A stretch of DNA of 64,000 bases, from the NCBI GenBank assembly GCA_973895155.1, contig OZ316898.1, positions 11,679,187-11,743,186 on the forward strand. Direction: 5' to 3'. The translations under genes were made by a program, and so were the position numbers. This document shows, piece after piece, positions 1 through 12,793 of the stretch (the first letter of the stretch is position 1; every line of letters starts with the position of its first letter). Under the pieces are notes generated by a model, which saw only the letters and a list, made by a program, of their open reading frames with translations, was not told where the DNA came from and did no database searches. The stretch comes from Marsupella aquatica (Eukaryota; Plantae; Marchantiophyta).

Positions 1-285
1 ATGAAGGGAAGAGCTTCGCGTTACGAACCTGGAAGAAAGAAGTCTGCGATGGGTCGAGGCCGGTGTTTCCTGGGGGAACAACCACATCGATGGGTGCAAC
101 TAGTCCGACGCGGGCAGGCGCTCCAACCTGGGAATAGAGCAAGACATACTTATGAGCCGTCGCCCAATAAACGCTCAAAGGAGCCTGCCTACTTTAAGGT
201 ATAATAACAAGTGACATAATCAATTCTCTGGACATCGAGAGAAGAAAGCCATTCACTGATTCACAGCGCAATCACAGAGTAGTAC

Positions 286-850
286 CTTGTACTTTCCCAC
301 TTCCTCGCTTACTTCCTTGAGGTCGCCTTTGGTGAAAATGAGACCGACATTTCCCTGGAAGAACCAAATCATGCAGCGCACGGAACAGAAATGAGAAACA
401 GCCTGAAACACCAGTGGAACCCTAAAATTCCAGATAACAGCATTACCCTGCATAATTTGCTAAGTCTCTCATGACTATAGCTGAAAGTGAACGGACAGTA
501 CCGAACTGAATAAAGCTTCAGCTCCATAGAGGAAATCACGGTTGCCAGCCCTGTCTAGGGTAGGGTGGAGAAAGAGCTGCGAAAATACATACCACAAGGA
601 GGGGGATAATATTCAAGTATGCTGTATTTCCAGTCTTCTCTGCGTGAATACGGATCGAACGCTTCATCATCGTGTTCTTCCCCATCAGAACCACCGAATC
701 GGGCCTCAGCCCCTGCCTGATACCCTGCAGCTGTTTCGATCCCACATTATCCGCCGCACACACCAGCACCTGTGTGAACTGCTCCAGCAGCTCACACAGC
801 TTGACGTCATAGTGCTGCTTCTTCTCCGCCTTGGTGCCCTTGAACCCCAT
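286..850 (-). CDS. RPLP0: 60S acidic ribosomal protein P0 (uL10), exons 1-2; gene continues beyond the left edge of the window
   Basis: Exon 1 850..593 ([11 protein letters not shown]...[13 protein letters not shown]...[14 protein letters not shown]...IIPLLV), GT donor at 592-591. Exon 2 354..286 ([23 protein letters not shown]) is flanked by AG and GT. Motifs match eukaryotic P0. Confidence 0.96.
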
Positions 851-1578
851 TTTTTTTTTCTACTCCTTTCGCACAAATCACCAACAACTGGATCAACTGA
901 TCGACAGCAAAGCCGAGCAGTAAAATCAGGATCCAACGTCGAAGAGCACTTCGAAAGATTTACGAGAAACCCAGGAGTGGGGGCCAAGTCGAGTTCGATG
1001 TCCCGAGCAAGGTGGGTAGAAATTTCTCTCTACCGCTTTAACCCCTTTCGCCCTCGAAAATCCTACGAGAAAACGAGCTCAACCACACTCGACGCGCGAA
1101 CTCAAACAACGAAAAGAGGCACTTCTCTTTGTGCTCACGAACTTAGTAAACCCTTCACTCTGCGCACAACTTTAGGGCATTCAGGGTTTGGACGGTCCAG
1201 ATCTTCCAAGATCTGCGGAGATCTGCCCTAAAGTGTCTCATCTGCGCGAAACTTGCGGAAGGTGTTTAGTGAGCTCATCAGGACAGAGAGCCTGAGGGTT
1301 CGGACGCGGCCACGGCTTCATGCACCCTGCGCAGCGCGGGAGCATTCAGTCGCAGTTTAGAGCTATCGGTTTGGCAGCATTGCGCGGAGATAATCAGAGG
1401 AATACACCGGTTCTGCCATGCGAAAAACGCAGAGTTCGCTTTTCAATCGGTCCGAAATACCTGCAAATGCTTGCCTGTTCTGCGCCAGAGTTTTGGACTG
1501 CTTAGGATAAGCTGGGTGCGAACGCTCGCCTGGGAATTCTGATTTCATTCACTGGATGCCAATTGGAAGGAGGGAATT
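851..1578. promoter_or_regulatory. Putative bidirectional promoter between RPLP0 and MED20
   Basis: Only 728 bp separate the divergent start codons. The region is CpG-rich and has telo-box-like AAACCCT/AGGGTTT motifs at ~1148 and ~1183. Confidence 0.55.
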
Positions 1579-3653
1579 ATGCCCGTGAAATGGTGAGCAA
1601 AATGTTGAGATGATAATGCTTTGCAAGCTGGGCTGTCCATGGTAGCAAAGGCCTAGTTGGTTGGTTAGTGGTTCTGGCGACGTAAAATTGATGAGTTGAG
1701 GTGTTGCTGCAGGCTTCTTCATTGGCAGCCAAACCAGGGGGGACAAATAGGAAGCCAGACGCTATTGGACGTGATGAAGAGTATCGAGAGCATCAATGGT
1801 GTTCGGACTGGTCGATGGCAGGTCACTGCTTCTCAGTATCGCCCTAATCAACGTGGTTTGTTTCTTCCCGGTCCAATTGTTCTACTTTAGGGGTTGGAAT
1901 GCTGCTACTGTACGAGTTAGAGGATTAGTATTTGCGCCTAAAATTGATTCCCGACTAAAACTCACGCTGCAGCAGACCACATTATCACTTTGCAGCCGTT
2001 ATTACACTTGGAGATGAAGCTTGCATTGCAGAAGCCTCCCTTAAAACCTGCTCCAAAAATGCTTCTAAGAATACGAAAAACGCAACCTACACAGATGCTT
2101 ACGCTATGTTCAGATACCTCACTGCTGGTTCACTTGGAGTCGAGGGACTATTGGTTTTCAATCCCCATGCTTGACCGGGGAAGCCTGATTGGGAAGCCAC
2201 GTGTTAGGCTAATTACAGGGCCGCAATGCATCGTAGAATTGTAGGAGGGGAAACAATCAGTAATGGATGTGTGAAAGATGGACAGATTTGGACGATCGGA
2301 TGATTTTGCTGCTAGACAATTCACTCAGGGTTTAGTGGCTGCCAGATCCTGGTATCCCCATCGAGTGCGCGCGGGAGCTGCTTGGGCTGACTTTTTCTGA
2401 GGTTCCAAGCAAACAATTCTTCGTCCTTCGTGCTGAGCACATGGTCGTGGAAGCTTCCGCGAGCATGCACCCAATCATGGAGAAACTGCAGCTGTACCGC
2501 AATCGGCTCACCATAATCTTTGAGGTATTGAGTAGCCAGTGTTTGCATCAAACCTCCCACGTGAGCTCCAATGCCACGAGATTCAATCTGTTATTCGATG
2601 CAAAACATGTCTTCACTTTCTGAACTTCATTGCCAGCCTTCATTTCCTCTGTAACTTTTCATAACAGGTTCTAGACAAAAATGAGGAAATGTTCACGAGG
2701 GCCTCTTTCATTTGGCGAAACTGATCGTCACCATACTGGTCTAGTCAAGTTGGAACCTGTTCAAGGAAGGAATCTTTAGAAGGGCTCCAGTCCTAGTTTC
2801 AAGAGCAACTGTCAAGGGAATAATTATGTAATTCCGTTTCTTTCCCGCAATTTATGATGAACATTAAAATCACAGGGCTAACAGGGTGGGAAGTACCGGA
2901 TTTCATAGGAAACCCAACGAAATGTTGACAGTTTCTGATTTACTGTCTTGGAATGATGTGTGCAATAAGGTCATGCTACTTCCTTTATATGTTGGGCTTA
3001 GTCTTATTGCTTTGCATGCATAACAGCAGATTTTATACCCAGAGTTGGACCTCGGTAGATGGTTCCGTACGTCACAGGCTGTCTGTCTGACAGATACTGT
3101 CTTTTGCTGAAGGGATTTCAATATCAGCTGGGTGACTTCCAAATAAAAGCAGGCAGAGCTGTGTTGGCTCACAGTGAAACTCTTCGTGGCATTATTGTGG
3201 AGGTGAAACAATGTGTCAGATCCCCTTTGCTCCGAGTTTACAATATGCATATATGGAGCTAACCTGATCATTTTTCGCTTCAAAATTCCCAGCGGTCAAC
3301 TCAATGCCCCGCATAGTCAGTTTCAATAATTGGAAATATGTTCTTCAAAGCTAACATCCTGACTGGCACAACCAAGGAGCCATTTGATATTGAAACTTAA
3401 AATATCCTTTGAACTGGCGATGTTACAGGTTGAGTACTTGCCTGTATCCTCTCTGGAGCAGACCCGGCTTTTGTTGCAGGAGTTTGTGGATTTGTGGCAA
3501 GATGTAGTTTCAGCACAGTCGATGTTGGGTCGACTGGTTCACCTTGAGCCTAATTTTTCCGACTACGGTCTCTCAGATCATCACAGTTGGCAACACACTG
3601 CATTACAGTACGTAAGTCTCATGGTGCACTTCATGTCTGCTAGGGCAAGTTAA
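1579..3653 (+). CDS. MED20: Mediator of RNA polymerase II transcription subunit 20 (plant MED20a-like), 5 exons
   Basis: Exons 1579-1592, 1713-1855, 2346-2524, 3113-3202, 3429-3653, all GT-AG and in frame. Product MPVKWLLHWQPNQG...SIESINGVRTGRW...IMEKLQLY...FEGFQYQLGDFQ...HSETLRGIIVEVEYLP...QHTALQY closely resembles Arabidopsis MED20a. Confidence 0.93.
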
Positions 3654-5099
3654 CATTGATGCTGGTCACCTAGCACAGGTAGTGTTGTGGCTCCCCACGT
3701 AGCCCATATTCTTTGCAATAAAAAGATGGTTATAATCAAGTTACCTTTCTCTCAATTCAATTGTGTGTTCTGGGGCCATCAGAGGTGGACTTTCACTACC
3801 TAGGAGACATGGAAAATAGCATTTCAGAATGGCTTGTATGTTCTATGAAGCGTTGCTGCCTGGAGCTTAGACATGTACAAGCCTCATAATATGAGGGAGA
3901 AAGAAAATAATGCATCACAGCTGCACTGAAGAAAAGGAGTCTGTTAGATAGTGTATAATCTTTCAGTAATGATGTAAAGAGCACACAAGACCACTTGATG
4001 TCAGCACTGCCTTGGGATGCTTTGGCACCCAGAAATGGAAGTACGAAGAGAGCACTTCAGAATCTGAAGGTGGGCTTCCCATAGCTCAAATCACCCCCTC
4101 AAAATTGGGCCTTGTACAGGCTATTTTCGTTAGATCTGGTTGTCAACCCCGAATTTTCATACTAACACTTGCATGGCACATAACGTTCGTGGTGGCTTTA
4201 ATTTAGCTAAGGTACTTCCAAGATTGATTTTACATCTCCACTTGAGGCACGGGGTGACCTGTGAGTCAGAACGCGTCCAAATAAAAAGTCACGCCAGCAC
4301 TTGCGAGTCGTCCAATGGTTTAGCAATTTCAGTGAATAGCCTTAAAATTTGAAAAGATATACTCTAGCTTGTCATCATGGCACAGCCCGTTACCAGTGTG
4401 GACAAAGCATAATGCCAACCTAAAACCTAAAGCTCGGTTGATCATAAAGAAAGCTGTCATAGATAGAATTTCCGACAGGGGACACCACATAGAGGGAACT
4501 ACAGTTTGCTCCCATTATTAACACCGACATTGTGCAAAGGGAAAACCGGATAAAAAGCAGAAATATGCTCCACAATCACAGCAACTGAGATCTTTCAGGT
4601 AAATAATCTGTGATATTGTATAGGCAAAACTAGATAGAAAGCAAACATACAACCACAAATAATAGAAATTGATATGTCCAGTTTTTGCATCATTGTAAAG
4701 CCATTTTAATGCAAAACTTTGCCTCTGCACGCAGATTATGTTGGATAGTGGAAATCTTGTCAGCACTTAACCAGAGTATTTTTTAAGGTTTTTTGCTTTT
4801 ATCCAGTGTGGCCAATGTCAGCCTCTCTAAGGGAGGAGATGCTAGGAATATTCTTTATCTCTTCTTCCCTAATTATTTCCTAACCATCAGATATCCCTAG
4901 ATTTATGAAGGACCATTAGATTCTGGTGAATGGGTCCATACTATGGTGAGAAAGTGACACATAACACACATAATCTAGCAAGTTTTGGCCAAATGTGGCA
5001 AACACTTATTGGTGAGGTGGAATTTGGCTGAAATTTGCACCTAGAAATACGCAGCACTGAACAGAGCTAATCGTGTAGGGTAACCAATTGCCTAGAGGG

Positions 5100-6720
5100 G
5101 GTTATATATGCATATTGTCTCCCAAATCAAATAGAGACCCATTAACCAAAAGCCTGGTACCTAAATTGGATAAATAGGAGGTCGCAAACAAAGGGTCGGG
5201 TCTGTTTTACGGCCGTCTGCTGTAGGTTCAGACAGTTGTGGAATCAGATATGTGCGGGAGCCGTTTAGTTTGGTCTGCACACTCTGGTTGCAAGACTTGA
5301 CCGTTTCTTATCAACTGACTTGGCTCACTTTTTTGAATCCTGTGTTGGGTCACAAGCTACTCACTTCATGTTTCCAACAAGCGACAACTGACTTCGTGTT
5401 TCCAACGAGCAACTGTGAGAGTCAACCTGAGCACCATAGCTAGCGGCAGCAATCTTATGGTGCGTTAAAAAATAACGACCCTATTGGCTTCTAACTCCAT
5501 AATCTCCATCCGCGGTCAGTCTTACAGGCCCAAGTGTTGGGCCGCGGACTAAGAGAATGGCCCAATATTTGAGACCCCCTAATAGAGTTGAAACTGTGTA
5601 GAGTCTTGGGTACAGTCTCACCACTAACCAAAAAGTCTGGTACATTATCAGTTAAATAGAAAGTCAAAACTGGTTATTGTCTCACCACTAACCAAAAAGC
5701 CAGGACTGGTGCCTAAATCTGATGAGGTCACATTGAATGGGCTGGATAGGACCTTCTACATTTTAGTTACCAGGTTGGGTAAATGGGTTAGTAAGGCTCT
5801 GATTCAGAATTTTTTTTTCTAGTACCCCTGTGAAGTGGTAAACTATGGCCTGGATGGGGGTTAGGGCAGTAATCCCTGAGGGTGGTGAGCTTGAGGGAGC
5901 CAGGGGCTTTTACAGTCATGGCCATTTAACAAAGGCCATGGCTGAGTGTATAGAAAGTTAAAATTGTATATTTTTTTTCCAAATACAGACCCGGTAATTA
6001 GAAATCCCTGTGCCTAAATCAGGGGTCAGGGTTAGCCATGTCACCAAACTCATGTTCCATAGAAAGTCAAAATTTGTATATTAGGGGTCTCAAACCTCAA
6101 AATTTGATGGACATTCACTTAGTAAGGTTTTGGAAAAGCAATAGATATTTGTTTACGACCAAAAGTTATCATCCCTAACTACGAAGCTTTGATCGAGATG
6201 CCCTATTGTTTCCCCAGATACAAAACCAGAAACCAGAAGTTGTCCGATGCCCTATTGTTTCCCCAAATACAAAACCAGAAACCAGAAGTTGTCCGTAACT
6301 ATGTATAGGACTATGGCTATCTGGTTTGGCATTAATAGCCTGTAACCCTATGACTAGAAAGTGAAGAACAACCAGGAAGCTTTTATAAGCTTTAGCTTTC
6401 TTGGAGCAGGGTTGAGGCCAGAATCTCTGGCCAGATCTTACAGTAAGCAATTGTTGTCCAGACAAAGGTTATGAGAATAGTAGGTATCTCAGATAACTTG
6501 CATTTCTTACAAAAATTACATAGTTTTGAGATGCCCTATTGTTCCCCATTGAGCTTGAATTACAAAGTTTTGAGACTCCCTATTGTTTCCCATTGAGCTT
6601 AAATTACAAAGCTTTGAGATTGAGGCCCTATTGTTTCCCCAAATATAGAACCAGGAACCAAAATCCCTAGTAACCAAAAAGGCTGGTGCGTAAACCCGAT
6701 AAGGTCACATTAATGAATGG
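5100..6720. repeat. Degenerate repeat region, probable DNA-transposon/MITE remnant
   Basis: Motif TAACCAAAA(A)G..TGGT.C recurs at ~5143, 5625, 5688 and 6671. A 49-bp tandem duplication lies at 6197-6295, with further CCCTATTGTT(T)CCCC copies at ~6534-6640. A ~16-bp inverted pair: TTTGAGACCCCCTAATA (5568) / TATTAGGGGTCTCAAA (6079). Confidence 0.45.
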
Positions 6721-7107
6721 GTTATTTTACACTGGGGTTACCCAATAGGGCTGCCATTTGGTCACAAACAAATGTCATAACTTTTCAATAGATTGTCTAA
6801 TTTTGTTTTTTTGTTTCACCAGCCTCTACATTGACTAATGGTTCTGCATAAGACCAACTAGCCCATAACTTCTCCATAACTTTTGTGTGCCCATAACTAG
6901 TGTAGACAATTAAGGTCCATCAAATTGAGAGTTCTTGAAATTTTCCACTAAGGTTGGAATGCTTGAACACAAAATGGCCGGAAGACAACGCCGCCAGGTG
7001 TCGATTTGCTCATCGCCGCCACTTCCACCTCGCCAAGTGTTTTTTCATGCCACAAAGCAAACCGCAGACAGAGAAACTAGTTCACTGGAAACCAGAAAGG
7101 AAGGATC

Positions 7108-7136
7108 CCTCTCTCTCTATTTCTCTCTCTCTCTCT
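7108..7136 (+). repeat. (CT)n tract, typical of a plant core promoter/5' UTR, upstream of the GalT-like gene
   Basis: cctctctctctatttctctctctctctct. Confidence 0.6.
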
Positions 7137-8282
7137 GAAAAAAGCTGTCTCTGGGTTCTCTCTCAAACGAGAGGAAGCTTCCCATCCGTGCTCGTCCCGT
7201 CCTCTCGCAATGCCTTGGCGCTGCCGTGCTGCTGCTTCTGGAGATGGATGCCCCATCTAGCGCTGTAGCTTTTTATCCATCGGCAGCTGAGAAAGCCGCT
7301 CCTCATACATGTGTAATCGGCGGCATCTCTCATTTGAGAGATGGCCTTCGAGTCTTGTGGAGCGAGCAGGACCTTGCTCTGGATCTTTGTGAATCTTACA
7401 AATTTATGTCCCGTATCTTCCTGCTCGAGTGCTGCGCCACTTGGACGAATCGCGAGTGGGAAAAGCTTCCAGAAAGTTTTCGCTGTCGTGTCACCAATTC
7501 GGAGGGATGAGTCAGCGAATGAATTTTTTGTACGGGGACAGTCGAAGCTGGTCAATTGAGTTTGTGGGGACACCAGTGATTGAGAAACGATTCGGGCACT
7601 CTGTCGCTCAGGCCTCGGAGAGAACATCGTCCAGGGAACTCGCCGTGGGGCAGGGATGTACGAAAGCACTGTGAATTGATGAGTTGCGGATGCTTCCTAG
7701 AGAGGAGAGCTCTACAAGGGAGAAGGAGTGAGGCAGGAGCTCAATTCATCATTTTGCTCGTTAGTGGTTCAGAGAAAGTGACTCCTTAAGATTGAGCTAC
7801 TGTTCGGTTGGCTTTTGTAAAGCGGAAGGGAAACCTATTCGAGGCAGAGATTTGCTTTCTCCTCGACAAATCTCGTAGACTTATGATGCGGAAATTTGAG
7901 AAATTGAATTGAGAGAATTGGAGCGATAGGGGAGCAGAGCCAATACGGGGAGAATTTGGAACTCACGCAGAATTGGAATCGAGAGATTGATTCGAGAGAC
8001 AGCGCTGCGTAGACTTGTCAGGAGCGGCTTTGAACCTACTTCAGTTAGACACTTCGAGAGTAGTCCGGCGTAGAAACGTCGAGTAACGTGCTTGGGATCG
8101 AATTGAACTGATACAGACAAAGAGAGACATCTAGTCAAGTCCAGAGCTACGGTAGCCAGACCCTCATTAACGTGATTGGAACTTGGGAATAGATAGGGAG
8201 GAAAAAACTCTTTCCAGCAGTCCAAACATTCGAGCAGTCCAAGCGATTTACAAATCTTGAGCAGAAAACGTTGTCGATATCC

Positions 8283-10640
8283 ATGGACGCGGAGCTGAGG
8301 AAGGATGCGATAGTGAACAGGTGGGTGATAATCTCTCCCCGGCGAGGGAAACGGCCGCACGACTACACCGCCGCTACTCCCAGCCTGAAGGAGCAAGCAT
8401 CGCAGCATCCGGGGCCGTGTGCGTTCTGCTACAATCACGAGAACGAGACCGGGCCGGAGCTGCTCGCGTTCCATAATGAGGGCTGCGGTGCCAATGAGCC
8501 CTGCTGGCGAGTTCGGGTTGTCCAGAACAAATTCCCTGCGGTCTCGTCCGATTTGCCTTTCCCCAGCGAGCGTCTCAACGTCATCGAAGATGATGACCTC
8601 CGGACACATAGCACGTTGCCGGGTTTCGGCTCACACGAGGTGGTCATCGAGACCCCCGAGCACGACCAGGTCTTCACTTGCCTTGCAGTGGACCAGATCA
8701 CAGAAATTCTCCGAGCTTATCAATCCCGGATTGAGACCCTTCGTGCCGACCCGCGTTACAAGTACTGCCAGGTTTGTAAATCTATGTACTACATTGTCTG
8801 TACAATTGCAGAAGTTTGCTTCTAATCACGGATCATGCCATTCAAATCTTTTTCAGTAAAATCAGTTGTGCTGTGTTAATGGCTTAGTCTGATCTTATTC
8901 TTCTGAGAGCAGCTGAATTCCTTTGGTGCTATTATTCTTAGAACAAATGATGTCGTTTGATCTTGTCTGTCTGGAAATAGACATGCCTCCGTTTCAATTC
9001 AACCTAGTTCTACATTCATATGTGTAGTCGCAAATGATTATAGTGGACCCGGGACAGTTGCATCAAACTAACTGGGACAGGATTCTAAATAGAACGTTGT
9101 TAGAAAATGATTGTGTCCCAATAAATGGTACCAGTTTACATTTTACAGAGGATAGACAGCTTCATGCACCAATGGCTGCTATTGCGTTCCTATGATCCAT
9201 TGCAGGCCTTGTCATACTGTAGCGTCTATTGTATGTACTATTCTATGGATGGATAGATGAAGCTAACTTGTTTTTCTCTCACCAGGTATTCAAGAACAAT
9301 GGGAACGCAGCCGGGGCATCGATGGTGCATTCTCACAGTCAAATTATTGCCTTACCGATCGTGCCCAAAGCGGCGGAGGATGAGTACGTAGGATCGAAGG
9401 CTTTCTATGATAACTCCGGCAAGTGCGTTTTCTGTGAGGTGGTAAAATTCGACCTTGTGAAGGGCAGCGTGCGCCTGATCGATCAGTCGCCGCATTTCGT
9501 TTCCATTACTCCATACGCAGCCCGCTTTCCTTACGAGACATGGGTTCTCCCACGGAAGCACAACTCTAACTTCGGAACCATTTCTGACGACGAGGTATGT
9601 TCTCGCTTCCTTCTCTTTGAGTCATAATTTCTTCAATCTCTGAAATCGAGAGTTCCCGTTCGTTTTGAGCCATTACTTCTTCGACCTCCGAAATTGAGAA
9701 TTTCTGTCCACTTTGTAGTTCCCGAAAAGTTTTCCTCGCTGGAATTCTCACAGGTAGTTCCGGGTGATATCAACTAATGATATGTATGGAATTGTTTCTT
9801 CATATCACTGATATTGACAGTCAATGAAAGTCTTAAAAGAAAATCTAAGATTCTTTTGAATCCCAGTGGCGACTTTAGTTGTCACTCAGACATCCCCTGT
9901 CATAGCTAATTCTCAGAATTTAGACCCTGTCCAATTCCACCTGTTTCATCGTACAGTAAAGTGAATGTGCGTTCTGATATGTGCTTGCTGCTGGAACGAC
10001 ACAGATTAGGGGTCTCGCTGAAATCCTGAAGCTGACACTCTGCAAGATGGACAAAGGATTCAACTACCCGCCATTCAACTTCATGCTTCAGATGGCACCT
10101 CTGCAGGACAGTGATCTGGCTTACTACCACTGGCATATCCGAATCGTCCCGCACCTTACATCCCTTGCGGGATTCGAGCTGGGCAGTGGCTGCCACATCA
10201 ACCCCGTCTCTCCCGAGAACGCGGCTGAGTTTCTTAGAGGGATTAAATTGGACGAGGAAGTGGAAGAGGCCCGACATTCAAACAATACCAACAGCACGAA
10301 CAGCGCCAATGGCACCACTGACCACGAACCGTCCCAGAGATTGATCAACATGACTGAGTTGGGCAAGGTCCAGGACAAGAAGGATGAAGAGCCCCAGAGA
10401 CATGTCTACATGGCCGACTTAGGAAAGAATGATCCAGAGAAGCATATTCAAATAGCTGACTTGGGGAAGAAGGAGCCAGAAAGGGTCATCTACATGGCTG
10501 ACTTGGGGAAGAAGGATCCAGAAAGGCTCATTTACATGGCTGACTTGGGGAAGCATGATCCAGAAAAGCTGATCTACATGGCCGAAATAGGGAAGAATGA
10601 TAACCCTCCTGAGAAGCTGATTCACATGGCTGATTTGTAG
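8283..10640 (+). CDS. GalT/HIT-family nucleotidyltransferase (ADP-glucose phosphorylase-like, At5g18200 type) with repetitive C-terminal extension, 3 exons
   Basis: Exons 8283-8771, 9286-9594, 10005-10640 (GT-AG, phase 0). Motifs ELRKD..NRWVIISP.RGKRP, CAFC, VRVVQNKFPA, GFGSHEVVIETP.H, FKNNG..AGASMVHSHSQ (HxHxQ catalytic motif), CVFC, PYAARFPYETW, YHWHIRIVP, AGFELGSG.HINPVSPE. Confidence 0.92.
10329..10637 (+). repeat. Coding tandem repeat, ~42-bp / 14-aa unit, 7 copies (consensus DPE(K/R)LIYMADLGK)
   Basis: PSQRLINMTELGK / PQRHVYMADLGK / DPEKHIQIADLGK / EPERVIYMADLGK / DPERLIYMADLGK / DPEKLIYMAEIGK / PPEKLIHMADL*. Confidence 0.9.
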
Positions 10641-12793
10641 AGTTATCACCCCGGTTATCACCATTGAATTGTAGCTGCTGGGCCTTGCGATTCTCGAGGG
10701 GAGGGGAGGTATTGACACATGGGTAGAGTATAGAATTTAAATTCCTGTTCTCCTTGATACAAATCTGCATTGGATTGTCGCCATGATTACAAATCTCCAT
10801 ACAGGTCTGGAATTAGAAAATGGCTAATATCCTAGAATTTTTTCTTGTACAAACTCGTCTTTGCAGATAAGTCTCGTTAGAACTTCTGCTAGATGAGAAG
10901 TACAGCTCTCTCCAGAAGATCGGTATTTGGCTCCAGCAGCTTTGTACACTACACCAATTGTTCTAATAGTAACTATACAGTTGTTAACTTCTGTGCAAGG
11001 ATTTTCACTAACTGTTTTGAAAGCGGCCACTGTAGTTTGTTCAGAGGACAATGAAATTGATAGCAGAAGAGATAGCCGTGCTGCAAACTTTTCGATTCCT
11101 CTGCAGGTTTTCACTATTGAGACTCAGAAGCATGGCATGTCCTTGTTGCTGTTGTTTGTCTGCACGTCAGTAGTTATCAAGAATTGTTGTACTAGCTCCT
11201 CTTGCGACCAAGAGTCATAGAAGTAAAGAAATATTTGATTAGAGTACAGAAATTTCGGAAGTCCAGAATGCCCTGCGTAGCTATAGATATCTGTGTTTTG
11301 ATGAGATTGTCAATTCTGAAGAAGGAAGCCTACTCACAAGATAATTGGGTCGAACTTTGAGGATTGACATTCACCATTGCAATGGGTTGAAGATTCAAAG
11401 CTTCCATGTTAGCGGAAGGGACCCGGGGAGACTTGTATGTCAGCCTTAATTTTCAACGAGATCAGAAGGTGACAGGTTTAGTTTTCACAATTGAAAAACA
11501 GACTAATATGCGTCAAACAGAAAAGGGCACGAACAATATAGGACAACATAGCATCCACAAATTAAGAAAGACGTTTCACCGATAGCATACTGACAGCGTT
11601 GTTGTCTCTAGGTGTCATGAAACATCATTGTCAAATGCCTGTCAATGAAATCGACTTGGTGGGGGGGGTGGGGGGGGCGTCCCAGAGAAGGGGAGGGGTT
11701 CGGATTGTACCCATCAATAAACTTGCTGGACTGGTTCGTAGCTAATAAAACTCTCGATTCTAGGCCCTTCGAATTCAACAGAAAAACTTGCGGGAATGCG
11801 ACAAAACGATTTGAACTTGAAAAGCACGATTGCAACGAAGGTTGAACATATAAACTTGCGAGACTGCGAGAAAACAATTTCAATATTACAAGTTGAGGAT
11901 TTGATTTGAGTACTCGAATGAAATTGCCGGGACAATTCCTGATTTGTAGGATCGAATAAAATTCATAGGCCTTACGCTACGGCCACATTCTGAAGCAGAT
12001 TACGGAGTATAAGTGCAGCGCCGCCGATCGAACCCCAGAAGGATTGCCCTGGAAAAGCAGTGATTGTGATGCTGATGTGCATTCGTACGTGTCATTTCAC
12101 CGTTGGTCATCAGTTGCTCGGGGATGCATCAAGTCGATTTTGGCGCTAACTGAAAGTCCTAGCTAGAAATTATCAAGGAGCTAGACATTTCGCACGGTCT
12201 GATATGACCGATCGGGCGTGGCTTTCATTCCATGTAGACCCCTAGAGGAGAGACTCACCCCAATCGTGAGATTGAGTTGAAGCTTCATGCCAATCGATAG
12301 TCTTACCGCAGTATGTAGTCGGTACCGAAATGCCCAATTGAATCCCGCGACACTGAGTTTCTGCCGGTCATAATTGCCGACATGGAATTCCGACTTATCA
12401 GATCTACAGTGCGTGCAAGATCCGGGGCATGATGATGTCGCGTGGTTCGTTTCGGTTCCCGAATACAACGACTCAAACGGACTTCGTACGGATGATACCG
12501 ATCCTCATACCGTAGGCTCTACGTGTATGATCACGACCGGGATTCGTTTAAGCTATCCGAGTAGAATGTTTCTAGGACTTGTTGGTCGAGAGAGAGGAAC
12601 CGACATGACCACTTACTTATATAGGCAGGCCTTCAGTCCAACATAGCGCCCCGTCTTCAGTTTTGCTTGATGAGATCGTCGGCGGATGGCAATCTGATCT
12701 GAAATCTGCAATTGCTCACTTGCTTCATGCGAGATTCGCCAGTTTCCAGTCCATATATCCTATAATCTGAAATTGTAGTTGGCAGCTGCAGCC

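Noticed and set aside
542-1231. 229-aa plus-strand ORF
   Set aside because: Antisense shadow of RPLP0 exon 1 and its promoter; no recognisable motifs.
7881-8609. 242-aa minus-strand ORF
   Set aside because: Antisense to the GC-rich GalT-like exon 1; no family signature.
10436-10470. KHIQIADLGK resembling kinase subdomain VII (xKIADLG)
   Set aside because: No other kinase subdomains; it is one unit of the tandem repeat.
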